NCBI GenBank assembly: GCA_038142525.1
Contig: JAYQKE010000003.1
Span: forward strand, 3,500-27,499
Length of the DNA: 24,000 nt
Direction: 5' to 3'
DNA from: Rickettsiales bacterium
GTDB lineage: Bacteria; Pseudomonadota; Alphaproteobacteria; Rickettsiales; UBA1997
The notes beneath the pieces are model-generated. The model saw nothing but the letters and a program-made list of their open reading frames with translations. It was not told where the DNA came from and made no database searches. How positions within the stretch are numbered: the stretch's first letter is position 1; each line of letters opens with the position of its first letter. Below, piece by piece: positions 1 to 9,909 of the stretch. The position numbers and the translations under genes were made by a program.

Positions 1-676
1 ATATCGTCTCTTCTTTGACAAAATTATATCCAAATATTGCTATTATTTCTGAAGAACATCCAGATGAAGAAAATCTAAAATTAAGAGATAAAAAAGAACT
101 TTTTTGATTGATCCAATTGACGGAACTAAAGCTTTTATTAGAAAAAAATCTCAATTTACCATTAATATTGCTTATATTAAAGATAAAAAATTTATTTTAG
201 GATTTATCTATGTGCCAATTTTAGATATTTTATATTATAGTGATTATCAAAATTCTTATAAAATTACTAATTACAATACTCAGCAGAAAGTTAAGATTTT
301 AACCAAAGAAAATAATGATTTAGATGAAGGTATTATTCAAACCTCCTCTCTCGGTAAAAGTGAAAGGGAAATTTTAGCTAAAGAATTTCAAGATATTAAA
401 ATTAAGGATAATATTTATATGACTAGCTCCTATAAATTTTGTTTAATTGCCGAAGGAGTTGCTGATTTTTACCCTAGAAGAGGAGGAATGAAAATTTGGG
501 ATGTAGCTGCTGCTTTTGGAATTTTAAAATTCTTAGATTATAAATTTTTAGATTTAGAGGGTAATGAAATTACTTTTGATGATATGATTAAGGATCTTTC
601 TCTTTCTGATTTTAATTTATTTCGTTCACAAAAGGTGTTGAATTATTTTGATTTTTCTTCAAAATATTTGTTATAG
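1..676 (+). pseudogene. cysQ: 3'(2'),5'-bisphosphate nucleotidase CysQ (inositol monophosphatase family); 5' end lies outside the window and the gene is frameshifted
   Basis: ORF 104-676 carries LIDPIDGTKAF, the IMPase metal-binding motif. It also carries SSYKFCLIAEGVADFYPRRGGMKIWDVAAA, which matches E. coli CysQ as I recall it ([30 protein letters not shown]). Upstream, frame 3 reads IVSSLTKLYPNIAIISEEHPDEENLKLRDKKELF and then hits TGA at 105-107. The two frames join across a T6 run at 100-105 (one base short). The stop TAG at 674-676 takes its G from the adjacent repeat element. Confidence 0.6.
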
Positions 677-846
677 GAACCTCTGAAAAACTAAAAATTG
701 GAATTTTTAGATCATTTTTTAGCAGAAATTCTGTTTCTTTTTGGTGCAATATGAACATATTGTGCCATAAAAAACTAAATTTATGCTAAAAAGGATCAAA
801 AAAGATCAATTTTGCTAAATACATATTTTAGTTTTTCAGAAGTTCC
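676..846 (+). mobile_element. Full-length copy (171 bp) of a palindromic MITE-like element with no coding capacity
   Basis: The termini GGAACCTCTGAAAAACTAAAA ... TTTTAGTTTTTCAGAAGTTCC form about 21-nt inverted repeats. There is a central hairpin GGTGCAATATG/CATATTGTGCC at 743-766. The copy differs from 22537-22709 at only about 8-10 positions by eye. It is flanked by a direct TATA/TATA duplication (672-675 and 847-850). Confidence 0.8.
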
Positions 847-958
847 TATAGTAGGCTAAGTTGACTATATATAGGTTTTAACAACCCCTACCCTTTTATA
901 TCATAAGTAATCTTTGGTTACTTTAGTGGAAGTTTTGTGCAAAAAATAAATATAAATT

Positions 959-2796
959 ATGTGTGGAATTATTGGCGTAATATCAAATAAAAATTCGGAA
1001 GATAAAGTTCTAGAAGGTCTAAAAAGAATGGAATATCGTGGTTATGATTCTTCTGGAATTTCGATCATGAGTAATAATATAATCAAAACTCATAAGGAAG
1101 AAGGTAAAATCATTAATTTAGAAAATTCCATTTCTAAAGATAAAAATTTTAAGGGCAATATTGCTATTGGCCATACTAGATGGGCCACTCATGGTGTTGC
1201 CAATCGTGAAAATGCTCATCCACATTTTACTAACAAAGTTAGTGTAGTTCATAATGGTATTATCGAAAATTATCAAGAAATTAAAGATAAATTAATCAAG
1301 GAAGGTTTTACTTTTAAAAGTCAGACTGATACAGAAATTGTTACTAATCTTATTGCTTCATTTTTAGAACAAAATTTTGATAAAAAGACTATTATTTTGA
1401 AAGTTTTATCGATGATTGAAGGTAGTTTTGCTTTGGGAATTATTTTTCATGATGAGGATAATCTTTTAATTGCAGCTAAAAAAGGTTCACCTTTACTTGT
1501 TGGTTTTGGTAAAAATGAGAATTATATTGCCTCAGATTATTTTGCTATTAATGATTATGTACAAAATATTTGCTATTTAGAAGATGGTGATATTGCCTTT
1601 TTAACCAAAGATAAAATTGACATTTTTGATATTAATCAAAATAAAATTACCAGAGAAATTGAAAAAATTGATAAAAATAGTGAAAAAATTAGCAAAAATG
1701 GTTTTGAACATTTTATGCTTAAAGAAATTTATCAGCTGACCAGAAACTATTCAAAAAACTTTAGCTAAATATTTAGATAAAAAAAATCATCAAATTTCCC
1801 TTCCAAAATTTTCTTTTGATCTAAAAAAAATTGAAAAAATTACCATTGTAGCCTGTGGTACTTCCTATTATGCTGGTATGATTGGTAAATATTTAATTGA
1901 ATCTTTAGCAAGAATTAATGTTGAAGTTGATATTGCATCAGAATTTCGTTATCGCAATCCACCACAAAGTAAAAATTCATTAACTATTTTTATTTCACAA
2001 TCAGGTGAAACGGCTGATACTATTCTTTGCTATGAAATATGTTAAATATCTTAATAAAAAATCTTTAGCAATTGTTAATGCTCCAAAAAGTACTATGGCC
2101 CATTTGGCTGATGATGTAATTTTAACCATGGCTGGCGTTGAAATTGGCGTTGCCTCAACTAAGGCCTTTACAGCACAAGTTGCTATTTTAATATTATTTG
2201 CCCTTAATTTAGGACAAAAAAGAGGCTTTTTAAAAGCGGAAAAAATTGATGAATTAATTGCTTCATTAAATCTTATGCCAAATTTAATGCAGCAGATTTT
2301 ATCAAAAGAATATGTTGAAAATGTTAAAAAAATTGCCCACCAAATTAAAGATGCTGAAAATATTTTATATATTGGCCGCGGTATTTCTTATGCCACATCA
2401 ATGGAGGCTGCTTTAAAATTAAAGGAACTTTCTTATATCAACTCTTCGGCCATTGCTGCAGGAGAATTAAAACATGGTACAATCGCTCTAATTGACAAAG
2501 AAACTTATGTTATTGCCATTGCTCCAGAAAATGAATTATTTGATAAAATTTCATCAAATATTGCCGAGATTTCCGCTAGAAATGGTAAGGTTATTCTTAT
2601 CTCCAGTAAGGGTGGAGTAAATAATATTAAAAATATTATTTCAAATTCCTTGCATGTCGCTCAAAATTGTGATATAATAGCCGAATCACTACTTTATGTG
2701 ATACCGGTTCAGCTGATTGCCTATTATGTTGCATTATTTAAAGGAAATGATGTCGATCAGCCGAGAAATTTAGCAAAATCCGTAACTGTCGAATAA
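959..2796 (+). pseudogene. glmS: Glutamine--fructose-6-phosphate aminotransferase GlmS, interrupted by two +1 frameshifts
   Basis: The N-terminus is MCGIIG, with the Cys2 nucleophile. SIS-domain motifs are present ([29 protein letters not shown]), and the C-terminus is the typical DQPRNLAKSVTVE. The frame path is frame 2 (959-1738), then frame 0 (1740-2045, reading [15 protein letters not shown]...[10 protein letters not shown]), then frame 1 (2026-2796). The shifts are at 1739 and at about 2025-2028. The ORF track shows only the outer pieces, 959-1768 and 2005-2796. Confidence 0.85.
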
Positions 2797-2855
2797 TTTT
2801 TAATAAATTACCTAACTGACTTTGCTAATTTAATTTTTTCTTATTTATAAATAAT

Positions 2856-5800
2856 ATGAATTTTTTAAGAAAATTTATTTTAGCTAGCATAATTCTCTGT
2901 GCAAAAAATACATTTGCGGCTAATTTTACTGTTGATGCTGGTGGTAAAACAATGACTCAATATATCTCTGCCGTTGGTGGTGATCCTGATATTGATACTA
3001 TTATCTTTAATAGTGGTGATAATGGTGTTTTAACTATTGATGCTGATAATGCCACTAATACCATTTTATCCATAGAAGCTAATGCTAGTAATAATGGAAT
3101 TATTGATTTTACTACTGCTAGCAGGGTTTTAGCTGTTCAAAATAATATAGCTGATCAGGATCAAAAACTTTCTGAAATTAGGGCTAACACTTCTGATTTT
3201 ACTATTGATGCTTCTAATTTATATGCTAATCAATTAACTATTAATACTGATTCAGCAATAGCAGGTACAGCAATTTTAAATTTTAATGATATTTCGCTTG
3301 GAGCTAATAATTTATCCATTGCAAATACAGTTAATATTTCTGGCGATATAAATGGAACTGGCGATATAAATGGTTCTAATACTAATCTTAGCTTTAATGG
3401 CTCCTCTACTCAAAATATTGCCTCTACTATTGGGGCCGCTTCTAGAATTGGTAATATTGATATTACAGGTTCAAATATTGGAGCAACCACCATTAATTTT
3501 AATAATGATACAACTATCACTAATATTAATTTTAGCAATAATTTTGCTACCACTTTAAATTTGGGTGGAACGAGCAAAACTATAAATCTTTCTGGAGATA
3601 TATCAAATAGTGGCTCTATTGATGCTTTTATTACTAATTCCACTAATGATGGTACTTTATTAATTTCCGGCTCTGCCAATCAAGATATTAATGCTAAAAT
3701 TGGTACTTCGACCAGTTCTAGATTTAATCAGGTCGATATTAATAATACTAATAATCAAATTACTTTTGCTCAAGATAGTTACATTAATAATTTTAATATA
3801 AGTGCTACTTCTAATAATTCTATTATTAGCAATAGTTCTATAATGGATATTTCAACTGCAAATATTGCCGAAGATGTAATATTTTCTGGTTCTGGTACTA
3901 TGAGCATTAATAATTTAAATATTTCATCCAGTAAAGTCTTAACTTTGCAAAAATCTATTAATATTTCTGGTAATATTACGGGTATAAATGATGGTAATTC
4001 GGAAACTATTATAGGTAATGAAGGTAGGGTTAATTTTAATGGTTCATCAGCGCAATCAGTGTCGGATGTAATATTGGGGGCAGTGCTCTTAGCAGTAATA
4101 GGCTTGCTTCTATTACTAACTCAAATGTCAATGATATTACTTTAAATGATAATGTTTATGTCACTGATGTAATTTTAAATTCTAACGGTAATTTTAATAT
4201 TGTATCTGGTAAAATAATTGATATTGAAGGCAATGTTACTAGATCTTCTGGCTCTGGTATTATTAAAGCTAATGTAAATGATGTTGGAACTGTAAAATTG
4301 TCAGGCTCTACTGCCCAAACTATTGATGTTAATATAGGAGAATCTTCTTCTAGAATTAATAATCTCAATATTTCTAATTTAGCTAGTGTTACTTTAAATA
4401 ATAATTCCTATGTTACAAATCTTACTTATAGCGGTAATAATTTAACTATGATGAGTAATAGCATTTTGGATATTAATAGTGGCGGTATGGATTTAACTAA
4501 CAAAAATACTAATTTTAAATTATCTTCAGCTAATAGCTCTTCCAATCCTTTTGGTCAAATTGAGTTAAATTCTGGCAATCTAACATTAAGTAATAGTACA
4601 GTATTTTTTGATTATAATGGTTTTACTGATTCTACCTTAAATTTTAACTATGATGGAGGAACTTACAATCTTATAAATAGCACTGGAACTGCACCAAATT
4701 TAAGTAATCTATCAGTTTCAGATAATTCTTATCTTTTTAATCACTCCCTGATTTTAAATGGCGGCAATATTGAGACAATTATCGTAAAAGATTCCAGTAT
4801 TTTTAGTGAAGGGGAGTTGGGGAAAAGTAATAATAGAATATTAAATAAAGCTCTCGAAACTTCAGATATTGCAGCAGATATCATGTCAATTAGTAGTCAA
4901 AGTGAACTGAAAGAAGCTATGGAATCTATTAGACTCCCTAATAATGCCGCTTTATTAAAATATAATATAGCCATCAATAATGATGTAAATAATATTATAT
5001 CTCAAAGGGTTAGAAATATTACATTATTCCCCAAAAGAAATAGACAAGCCTTTTGGGGCGATGTTTTTCTTTCTAACATAACTCAATCAAAGAATAGAAA
5101 GAAAGGTTATGATGGTTTTACCTCTGGTGGTACAGGTTTTTTAGCAGGTTATGATTATGTTAATGGTGGTAATGTCATTGGCTTTACCGGCTTTTATTTA
5201 GGTTCAGAAATTGCAAATGATAATAAAGGTGATTTTACCTCTATAATTAGTTCATCTGGGGCTTCTATATATAATAAATTTGGATCAAGACTCAGTCGTG
5301 GTTTTTACAATATTAATGTTTTTAATTATATTTCTAATGAATATAGGAATGAAAGAAAAGTTAAATTACCAAATTTAAAGGAAATTATTAAAGCTGAAAT
5401 TTCTGGTAATTCAATGAATGCTAGATCTGAAATTGGTTATCATATTCCTCTTATCAAAAGTTCACTTTTTTCGCCCAAAATAGCTTTAGAATATTTTTCT
5501 GATAGCAGAGATTCTTATGAAGAAAAAGGGTTGGAAAATCTAGCATTTGAAGTAAAAGAAGAAGAATTTGACAGTTTAATTTTTTCGGCAGGTTTTGATA
5601 TTGGCGGTAAATTTTATACTGGTAAAAAAAGCTTACTCTCTCCCATATTAGATATTTCTTGGCGTAAATATATGGGCGATAAGCGAAAGAGGAGCGTAAG
5701 ATGAGTTTTAAAGGAAAAAATCAATATTTTACCATGAAATCTTCTGAATTACCTTCAGATTATCTTAATCTAGCCATTAATGCTGAATATTCTAAGGCAA

Positions 5801-5937
5801 ATAATCATTTTCATGTTAACCCAATATTTAATTTAAAATATAATTCTATTATTGCCAGCGGATTTATATCTCATTCATTTATAGCTGAGGTCAGCTATAA
5901 TTTTAATTCTAGATTAATGACTTCAAGGGATAATTAG
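2856..5937 (+). pseudogene. Sca-like autotransporter outer-membrane protein with an Asn-rich repetitive passenger and a C-terminal beta-barrel; split over three frames
   Basis: The signal peptide is MNFLRKFILASIILCAKNTFA/A. The passenger is rich in N, S, T and I, with recurring modules such as NGSSTQNIASTIGAASRIGNI, SGSANQDINAKIGTSTSSRFNQV and SGSTAQTIDVNIGESSSRINNL. From about 5040 the sequence has autotransporter beta-domain character (AFWGDVFLS...GYDGFTSGGTGFLAGYDY...EVSYNF). Frame 0 (2856-4145) shifts to frame 2 at the G5 run 4076-4080. Frame 2 then shifts to frame 1 somewhere within 5683-5701. Confidence 0.7.
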
Positions 5938-5990
5938 GATATTTTCTATTTATTACTTAGCAAAAACCTCTTTAAAGATAGGAAGCGCTA

Positions 5991-8168
5991 TCAATCAATT
6001 ACTATCTTCATCCTAGTAGAATTTTTTAATTTTAAATTATTAGTAATTTTTCTGATATAATTTTGTAAATTGAAATTTCTGCTAGAATTAATTATCAAGC
6101 GATAATAAAAACGATTCTTAATTTTAGTTACGGGCATCGGTGCTGGCCCTAGAATTTGAATATTCTTATCAAAAATACTATTCTTTAAAATATTCCTTAG
6201 AGTCTCAATAGCAATTTTTTGATCAAAATCATTAACAATAATTTCAGCCATTTTGCCAAAAGGTGGTAAATTTAATAATTTTCTCTGAGCAATTTCTTGT
6301 TCTAAAAACCTATTACGATCCTGTTTAATAATATATTCAAAAATTGGATTTTTTGGATTAAAACTTTGAATTAAAACCTGCCCCTGATATTTCTCTCGCC
6401 CTGCTCTACCAATAATTTGCGTTAAAAGTTGATAGGATTTTTCAGAAGTTCGAAGAGAATTATTGTAAAAACTAGCATCACCATCAATAATTCCAACCAA
6501 AGATAATTTTGGAAAATGATAACCTTTGGCAATCATCTGTGTACCAATGATAATATCAATCTGGTCATTTAAAATTTTATCAATAATTTTATTAGCAATA
6601 TCCAGATCCTTAATTTCATCACTAGTCATTAGGGCAATTCTAGCCTTCGGGAATTTTTCTTGAATTTCCTCCTTTATTTTCTCAATACCAATACCAGAAA
6701 GTAAAAATGAATCTTTCTCACCACATTTTTGACATTTTTTAGGAATAAAATCTCTATGACCGCAATGATGGCAAATTAATTTATTAATTTTTTGATGATA
6801 AGTAATATTAATTGAGCAATTGGGACAATTAATAATATCACCACATTTTTTACAAATTGTTACATTGGCATAGCCCCTTTTATTAAGAAATAACAAGGAT
6901 TGCTTTTGATCAAGCAAATTTAAGGCGATTTGATCTAATAATTTCTGACTCAAAAAATGATTTTTCTCTAATTTTTCTTGCTTTAAATCAAGAATTTCAA
7001 TTTTTACAGCATCATTTCGAGAGAATTTTTCTGTTAAAATAAAATGACCATATTTACCAGAAATAGAGTTTTGATAAGTTTCTAAAGAAGGTGTGGCGGA
7101 GCCTAATAAAATAGGAATATTTTCCATTTTTGCCCTTACAATGGCCATATCTCGACCATGATAAGATATTTGATCTTCTTGTTTGAAGGATTCATCATGT
7201 TCCTCATCAATAATAATTGTCTTCAGATTTTTAAAAGGCAGAAAAAGCGCCGATCTAGTGCCAATTAAAATCCTAATATTCTCAGAAATTATTGAGTGAA
7301 AAATCCTCTCTTTCTTGGAATTGCCAATTTTTGAATGCCAAATTTCTGGTTCAAAACCAAATCTATCCTTAAAATTTCTAATTAATTGTGTAGTTAGGAC
7401 AATTTCTGGTAGTAAAAATAAAATTTGCCCAGATTTTTGTTCTAAAATTTTGGCAATTAGATGAAAATAAATTTCGGTTTTTCCAGAACCAGTAACCCCA
7501 TCTAAAAATGACACCTGAAAATTCTCCAAAGGTAATTGATCAGAAATTTCCTGTTGTTTTTGCGATAGATTTTTTAATTTAAAAGAGTTTTTATCAATAT
7601 TTTCAGTAATTTTAATAATTTTACGATCAACCTCTTTCTTTTCCTTAATCAAAATATCATCCTTAACCATTTGATTAATCAGGGAAATAGTAAAATCCTC
7701 ATTTTTCTTAATATCTGCTAAAGTTTTTGATGAATCATTAATAAAATCTAAAATCTTTTGCCTTTTTTCAGTAATTTTTTGGCTAAAATCGTAATTTTCA
7801 TTAATTTTAAAGATAATTTCTGTGGATTTTTTAGCCAGATTTTTAAGAAAAACTGCAATTGATAATTTTAAAACTAAACCAGCTGGCGCAAGATTGTAAT
7901 TTGCTACCCAAAAAATAAAATCTATTAATTTTCGATCTAAAGAAAAATTTGGATATTTAGATTCGGCGAATTTTATTTTTGATTCGGCAATATTTTCAGG
8001 AATTTTGTCTAAAATTTCAGTTATTACGCCAAAAATCTTTCTTTTACCAAAGGGAATTTGAAAAATATCACCAATTTTAGGATTTTGATTTTTTTTAACA
8101 AAATAAATAAAGCCGTCATTAAATGGCAAAGGTAGGAGAATTTTAACAAGCAAATTATTACTTATCAT
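5991..8168 (-). CDS. priA: Primosomal replication protein N' (PriA helicase)
   Basis: The 725-aa ORF has Walker A GVTGSGKTEIY and the DEAH-type motif IIDEEHD. It has the Cys-rich zinc-binding insert CKKCGDIINCPNCSINITYHQKINKLICHHCGH...CQKCGE, and TQMIAKGYHFP. Length and architecture are typical of PriA. Confidence 0.95.
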   Translation of the reverse strand: MISNNLLVKILLPLPFNDGFIYFVKKNQNPKIGDIFQIPFGKRKIFGVITEILDKIPENIAESKIKFAESKYPNFSLDRKLIDFIFWVANYNLAPAGLVLKLSIAVFLKNLAKKSTEIIFKINENYDFSQKITEKRQKILDFINDSSKTLADIKKNEDFTISLINQMVKDDILIKEKKEVDRKIIKITENIDKNSFKLKNLSQKQQEISDQLPLENFQVSFLDGVTGSGKTEIYFHLIAKILEQKSGQILFLLPEIVLTTQLIRNFKDRFGFEPEIWHSKIGNSKKERIFHSIISENIRILIGTRSALFLPFKNLKTIIIDEEHDESFKQEDQISYHGRDMAIVRAKMENIPILLGSATPSLETYQNSISGKYGHFILTEKFSRNDAVKIEILDLKQEKLEKNHFLSQKLLDQIALNLLDQKQSLLFLNKRGYANVTICKKCGDIINCPNCSINITYHQKINKLICHHCGHRDFIPKKCQKCGEKDSFLLSGIGIEKIKEEIQEKFPKARIALMTSDEIKDLDIANKIIDKILNDQIDIIIGTQMIAKGYHFPKLSLVGIIDGDASFYNNSLRTSEKSYQLLTQIIGRAGREKYQGQVLIQSFNPKNPIFEYIIKQDRNRFLEQEIAQRKLLNLPPFGKMAEIIVNDFDQKIAIETLRNILKNSIFDKNIQILGPAPMPVTKIKNRFYYRLIINSSRNFNLQNYIRKITNNLKLKNSTRMKIVID

Positions 8169-8739
8169 TCTTATCTTCTATCTGGTTTTTCATGATAAAG
8201 GGTGCTTGTAGGAGCATGAAAATTAGGGAAATAGAAAACATACCAAACACCTTAAAAGCTACCCAAAAATCAGTAGAAAAATTACGCCAGATAAATTCAT
8301 TTAAAAGAGCTAAAAATAGGAAAAACAGAATAAATCGATTAGTCAATATTCTGTAATGAATATTGGTCATTTTAAGGTTATTACCAAATAATTTAGCTAA
8401 TAGTGGTTTATTGAAGATATTTCCAGTAATTAAAATTAAAGCAAAAATAATATTAGCAATTGTTGGTTTGATTTTAATGAATGTTTCATCTCCCGAAAAA
8501 ACCGTTAAACTACCAAAAATGGTTAAAACAATACCGGATATTAAAGCCATTTTAGAGATTTTTTTACTAATAAGATAAATAGTTAAAATAACCAAAATAG
8601 TTGAAATCACTAAAGCATGAGTTGCTACCAAAAGTGGCTGATTATCCTGAGATAGAAAATTAACAGTAATAAAAATTAAAGAAGGTAAGATCTCTAAAAA
8701 TGAAATAATAGGATTTTTTTGATTTGTATTTTTAGTCAT
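8158..8739 (-). CDS. yciB: Intracellular septation / inner-membrane protein YciB (IspZ family)
   Basis: The 193-aa multi-pass membrane ORF is collinear with E. coli YciB as I recall it (KMALI..., DETFIKIKPTI vs NDEFIKWKVTV, FKVFG...LIFMLLQ). Its 3' end overlaps the priA start by 11 nt, which suggests an operon. Confidence 0.8.
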   Translation of the reverse strand: MTKNTNQKNPIISFLEILPSLIFITVNFLSQDNQPLLVATHALVISTILVILTIYLISKKISKMALISGIVLTIFGSLTVFSGDETFIKIKPTIANIIFALILITGNIFNKPLLAKLFGNNLKMTNIHYRILTNRFILFFLFLALLNEFIWRNFSTDFWVAFKVFGMFSISLIFMLLQAPFIMKNQIEDKNDK

Positions 8740-8761
8740 AATATTTTTTTACAAAAATTTT

Positions 8762-8786
8762 GCGCTCCTAGGAGCACATTTTTTTT
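8762..8786. terminator. Possible intrinsic terminator hairpin between sbmA and yciB
   Basis: GCGCTC-CTAG-GAGCAC contains the perfect 12-bp palindrome GCTCCTAGGAGC. It is preceded by AAAAATTTT and followed by AT8 on the + strand. On the - strand transcript the stem is GUGCUC/GAGCGC with a G:U pair in place of the C:A mismatch, but it is followed by AAAAUUUUU rather than a clean U-tract. The assignment is weak. Confidence 0.3.
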
Positions 8787-8886
8787 AACAGCAACTTTTT
8801 AACCAAAATAGATTCTCATTTTGTTAATTTAAGCCTTATTTGACAAGGTTTTACTCTATTAAGAAACCTTATTGACAAAGAGATTT

Positions 8887-9909
8887 TTATTTTAGATTTA
8901 AAGCTTTTTCAAACTCATGTAATCTCTTCCAAATACTTCTAATTTCAGTAATTGTAGTCCAATTATGTAAAAATAAGGCAAAACCACCATGCACCCTGGT
9001 AAAAGCATTGCTAACCTGCACCATAATACCAAGCTGGATAGCGCCAGTAAATAAGCCAGGAGCCATAATTAAATAAGGAACAATCACCATAAATTGATCA
9101 TAGGCGGCAATCCAACAATCAAAATAGCCATAATGCATGTAAAGCCTGTGATAATTTAGCCTAATCCCCAAAAACAATTCCCAAAGAGTATCCTCCCTAG
9201 CATAATTAACCTTATCATCTTCTGCCAAAACTAAATCTTTTCTAAAAGCTGCCTCCACCTTTTGATTATTATATTCAAGACCAGGTAATTTCCAGCCAAC
9301 AAACCAAGAAATAATAAAACCCCCAATTGAAACAAACAAAGTGCACCAAACCAAACTACCATCAAAATCCTTTAAAAAAGGAATTTCTACCTTATCACTT
9401 AAATTCCATAAAATTGGTAGAAAAGCAATTAAGGTCATAATAGCTCTAACTATCTGCAAACCCAAAGATTCTATTAATTTGGCCCATCTAGCACAATCTT
9501 CCTGAATTCTCTGACTTGAGCCCTCAATATCCTTTTCAATATTTTTCCATTTTGGAATATAATTAAAAGTAATAGCCTCTCTCCAACGCAGGGCATAAAT
9601 TCTAGTAAACCAGCCGGTAAAAACTGCTAAGGCAACATAAGGCATAGCAATTATGATAAAACTCGGGCTAGATTTAAAGCCAGTTGAGATATAGCTAAAA
9701 GATATCAAATAATAATATAATTTTGAAATGCCCTCGGCAGGGTTGGAATAATAATCCTTAGCATTTTGCAATAAATCATAAAAATCCTTATACCAGCTAT
9801 TAATAGCAACGGTCATTTGAACTTGTATCCAAAGAGATAAAATCAATAAAAAACCACCACCATAAGCCCAAAGAGCCCATTTTCTACTCTTAAAAAAAGC
9901 TTCTATCAT
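8887..9909 (-). CDS. sbmA: SbmA/BacA-family peptide (antimicrobial peptide) uptake transporter
   Basis: Several blocks match E. coli SbmA as I recall it. INSWYKDFYDLLQ matches VNAWYAPFYDLIQ. IEGSSQRIQEDCARWA...AIMTLIAFLPILWNLS matches IEGAAQRVQEDTMRFA...AIMTLIAFLPVLVTLS. KLPGLEYNNQKVEAAFRKDLVLAEDD matches [26 protein letters not shown]. The protein is 340 aa, shorter than the 406-aa E. coli protein at the N-terminal end. Confidence 0.85.
   Translation of the reverse strand: MIEAFFKSRKWALWAYGGGFLLILSLWIQVQMTVAINSWYKDFYDLLQNAKDYYSNPAEGISKLYYYLISFSYISTGFKSSPSFIIIAMPYVALAVFTGWFTRIYALRWREAITFNYIPKWKNIEKDIEGSSQRIQEDCARWAKLIESLGLQIVRAIMTLIAFLPILWNLSDKVEIPFLKDFDGSLVWCTLFVSIGGFIISWFVGWKLPGLEYNNQKVEAAFRKDLVLAEDDKVNYAREDTLWELFLGIRLNYHRLYMHYGYFDCWIAAYDQFMVIVPYLIMAPGLFTGAIQLGIMVQVSNAFTRVHGGFALFLHNWTTITEIRSIWKRLHEFEKALNLK

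Noticed and set aside
105-107. TGA read as Trp (genetic code 4) to rescue cysQ, since ELF-TGA-LI would put a W where the IMPase motif WxIDPxDGT has one
   Set aside because: Continuing in that frame gives LIQLTELK and loses DPIDGT, so a frame change is still required. Trp is encoded by TGG throughout the window, and TGA serves as the genuine stop of priA (5991-5993).
847-958. A glmS ribozyme/riboswitch or a clear promoter upstream of glmS (TTGACT at 861-866; small hairpin AAGTAA-N7-TTACTT at about 905-923)
   Set aside because: No conserved glmS ribozyme core is recognisable, and that ribozyme is a Gram-positive feature. The TTGACT has no acceptable -10 hexamer at 16-18 nt spacing.
3342-3377. 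An 18-bp tandem duplication GGCGATATAAATGGAACT / GGCGATATAAATGGTTCT as a possible variable-number repeat
   Set aside because: There are only two units, both in frame, within an already repetitive passenger domain. There is no evidence of copy-number instability from a single sequence. It is mentioned under the autotransporter finding instead.
8834-8880. A direct repeat CCTTAT(T)TGACAA(G) x2 containing TTGACA boxes just 3' of sbmA
   Set aside because: The TTGACA boxes are on the + strand, where there is no downstream gene. No convincing -10 follows either copy. A short 13-14-nt repeat in AT-rich spacer DNA is not enough to call a regulatory site.
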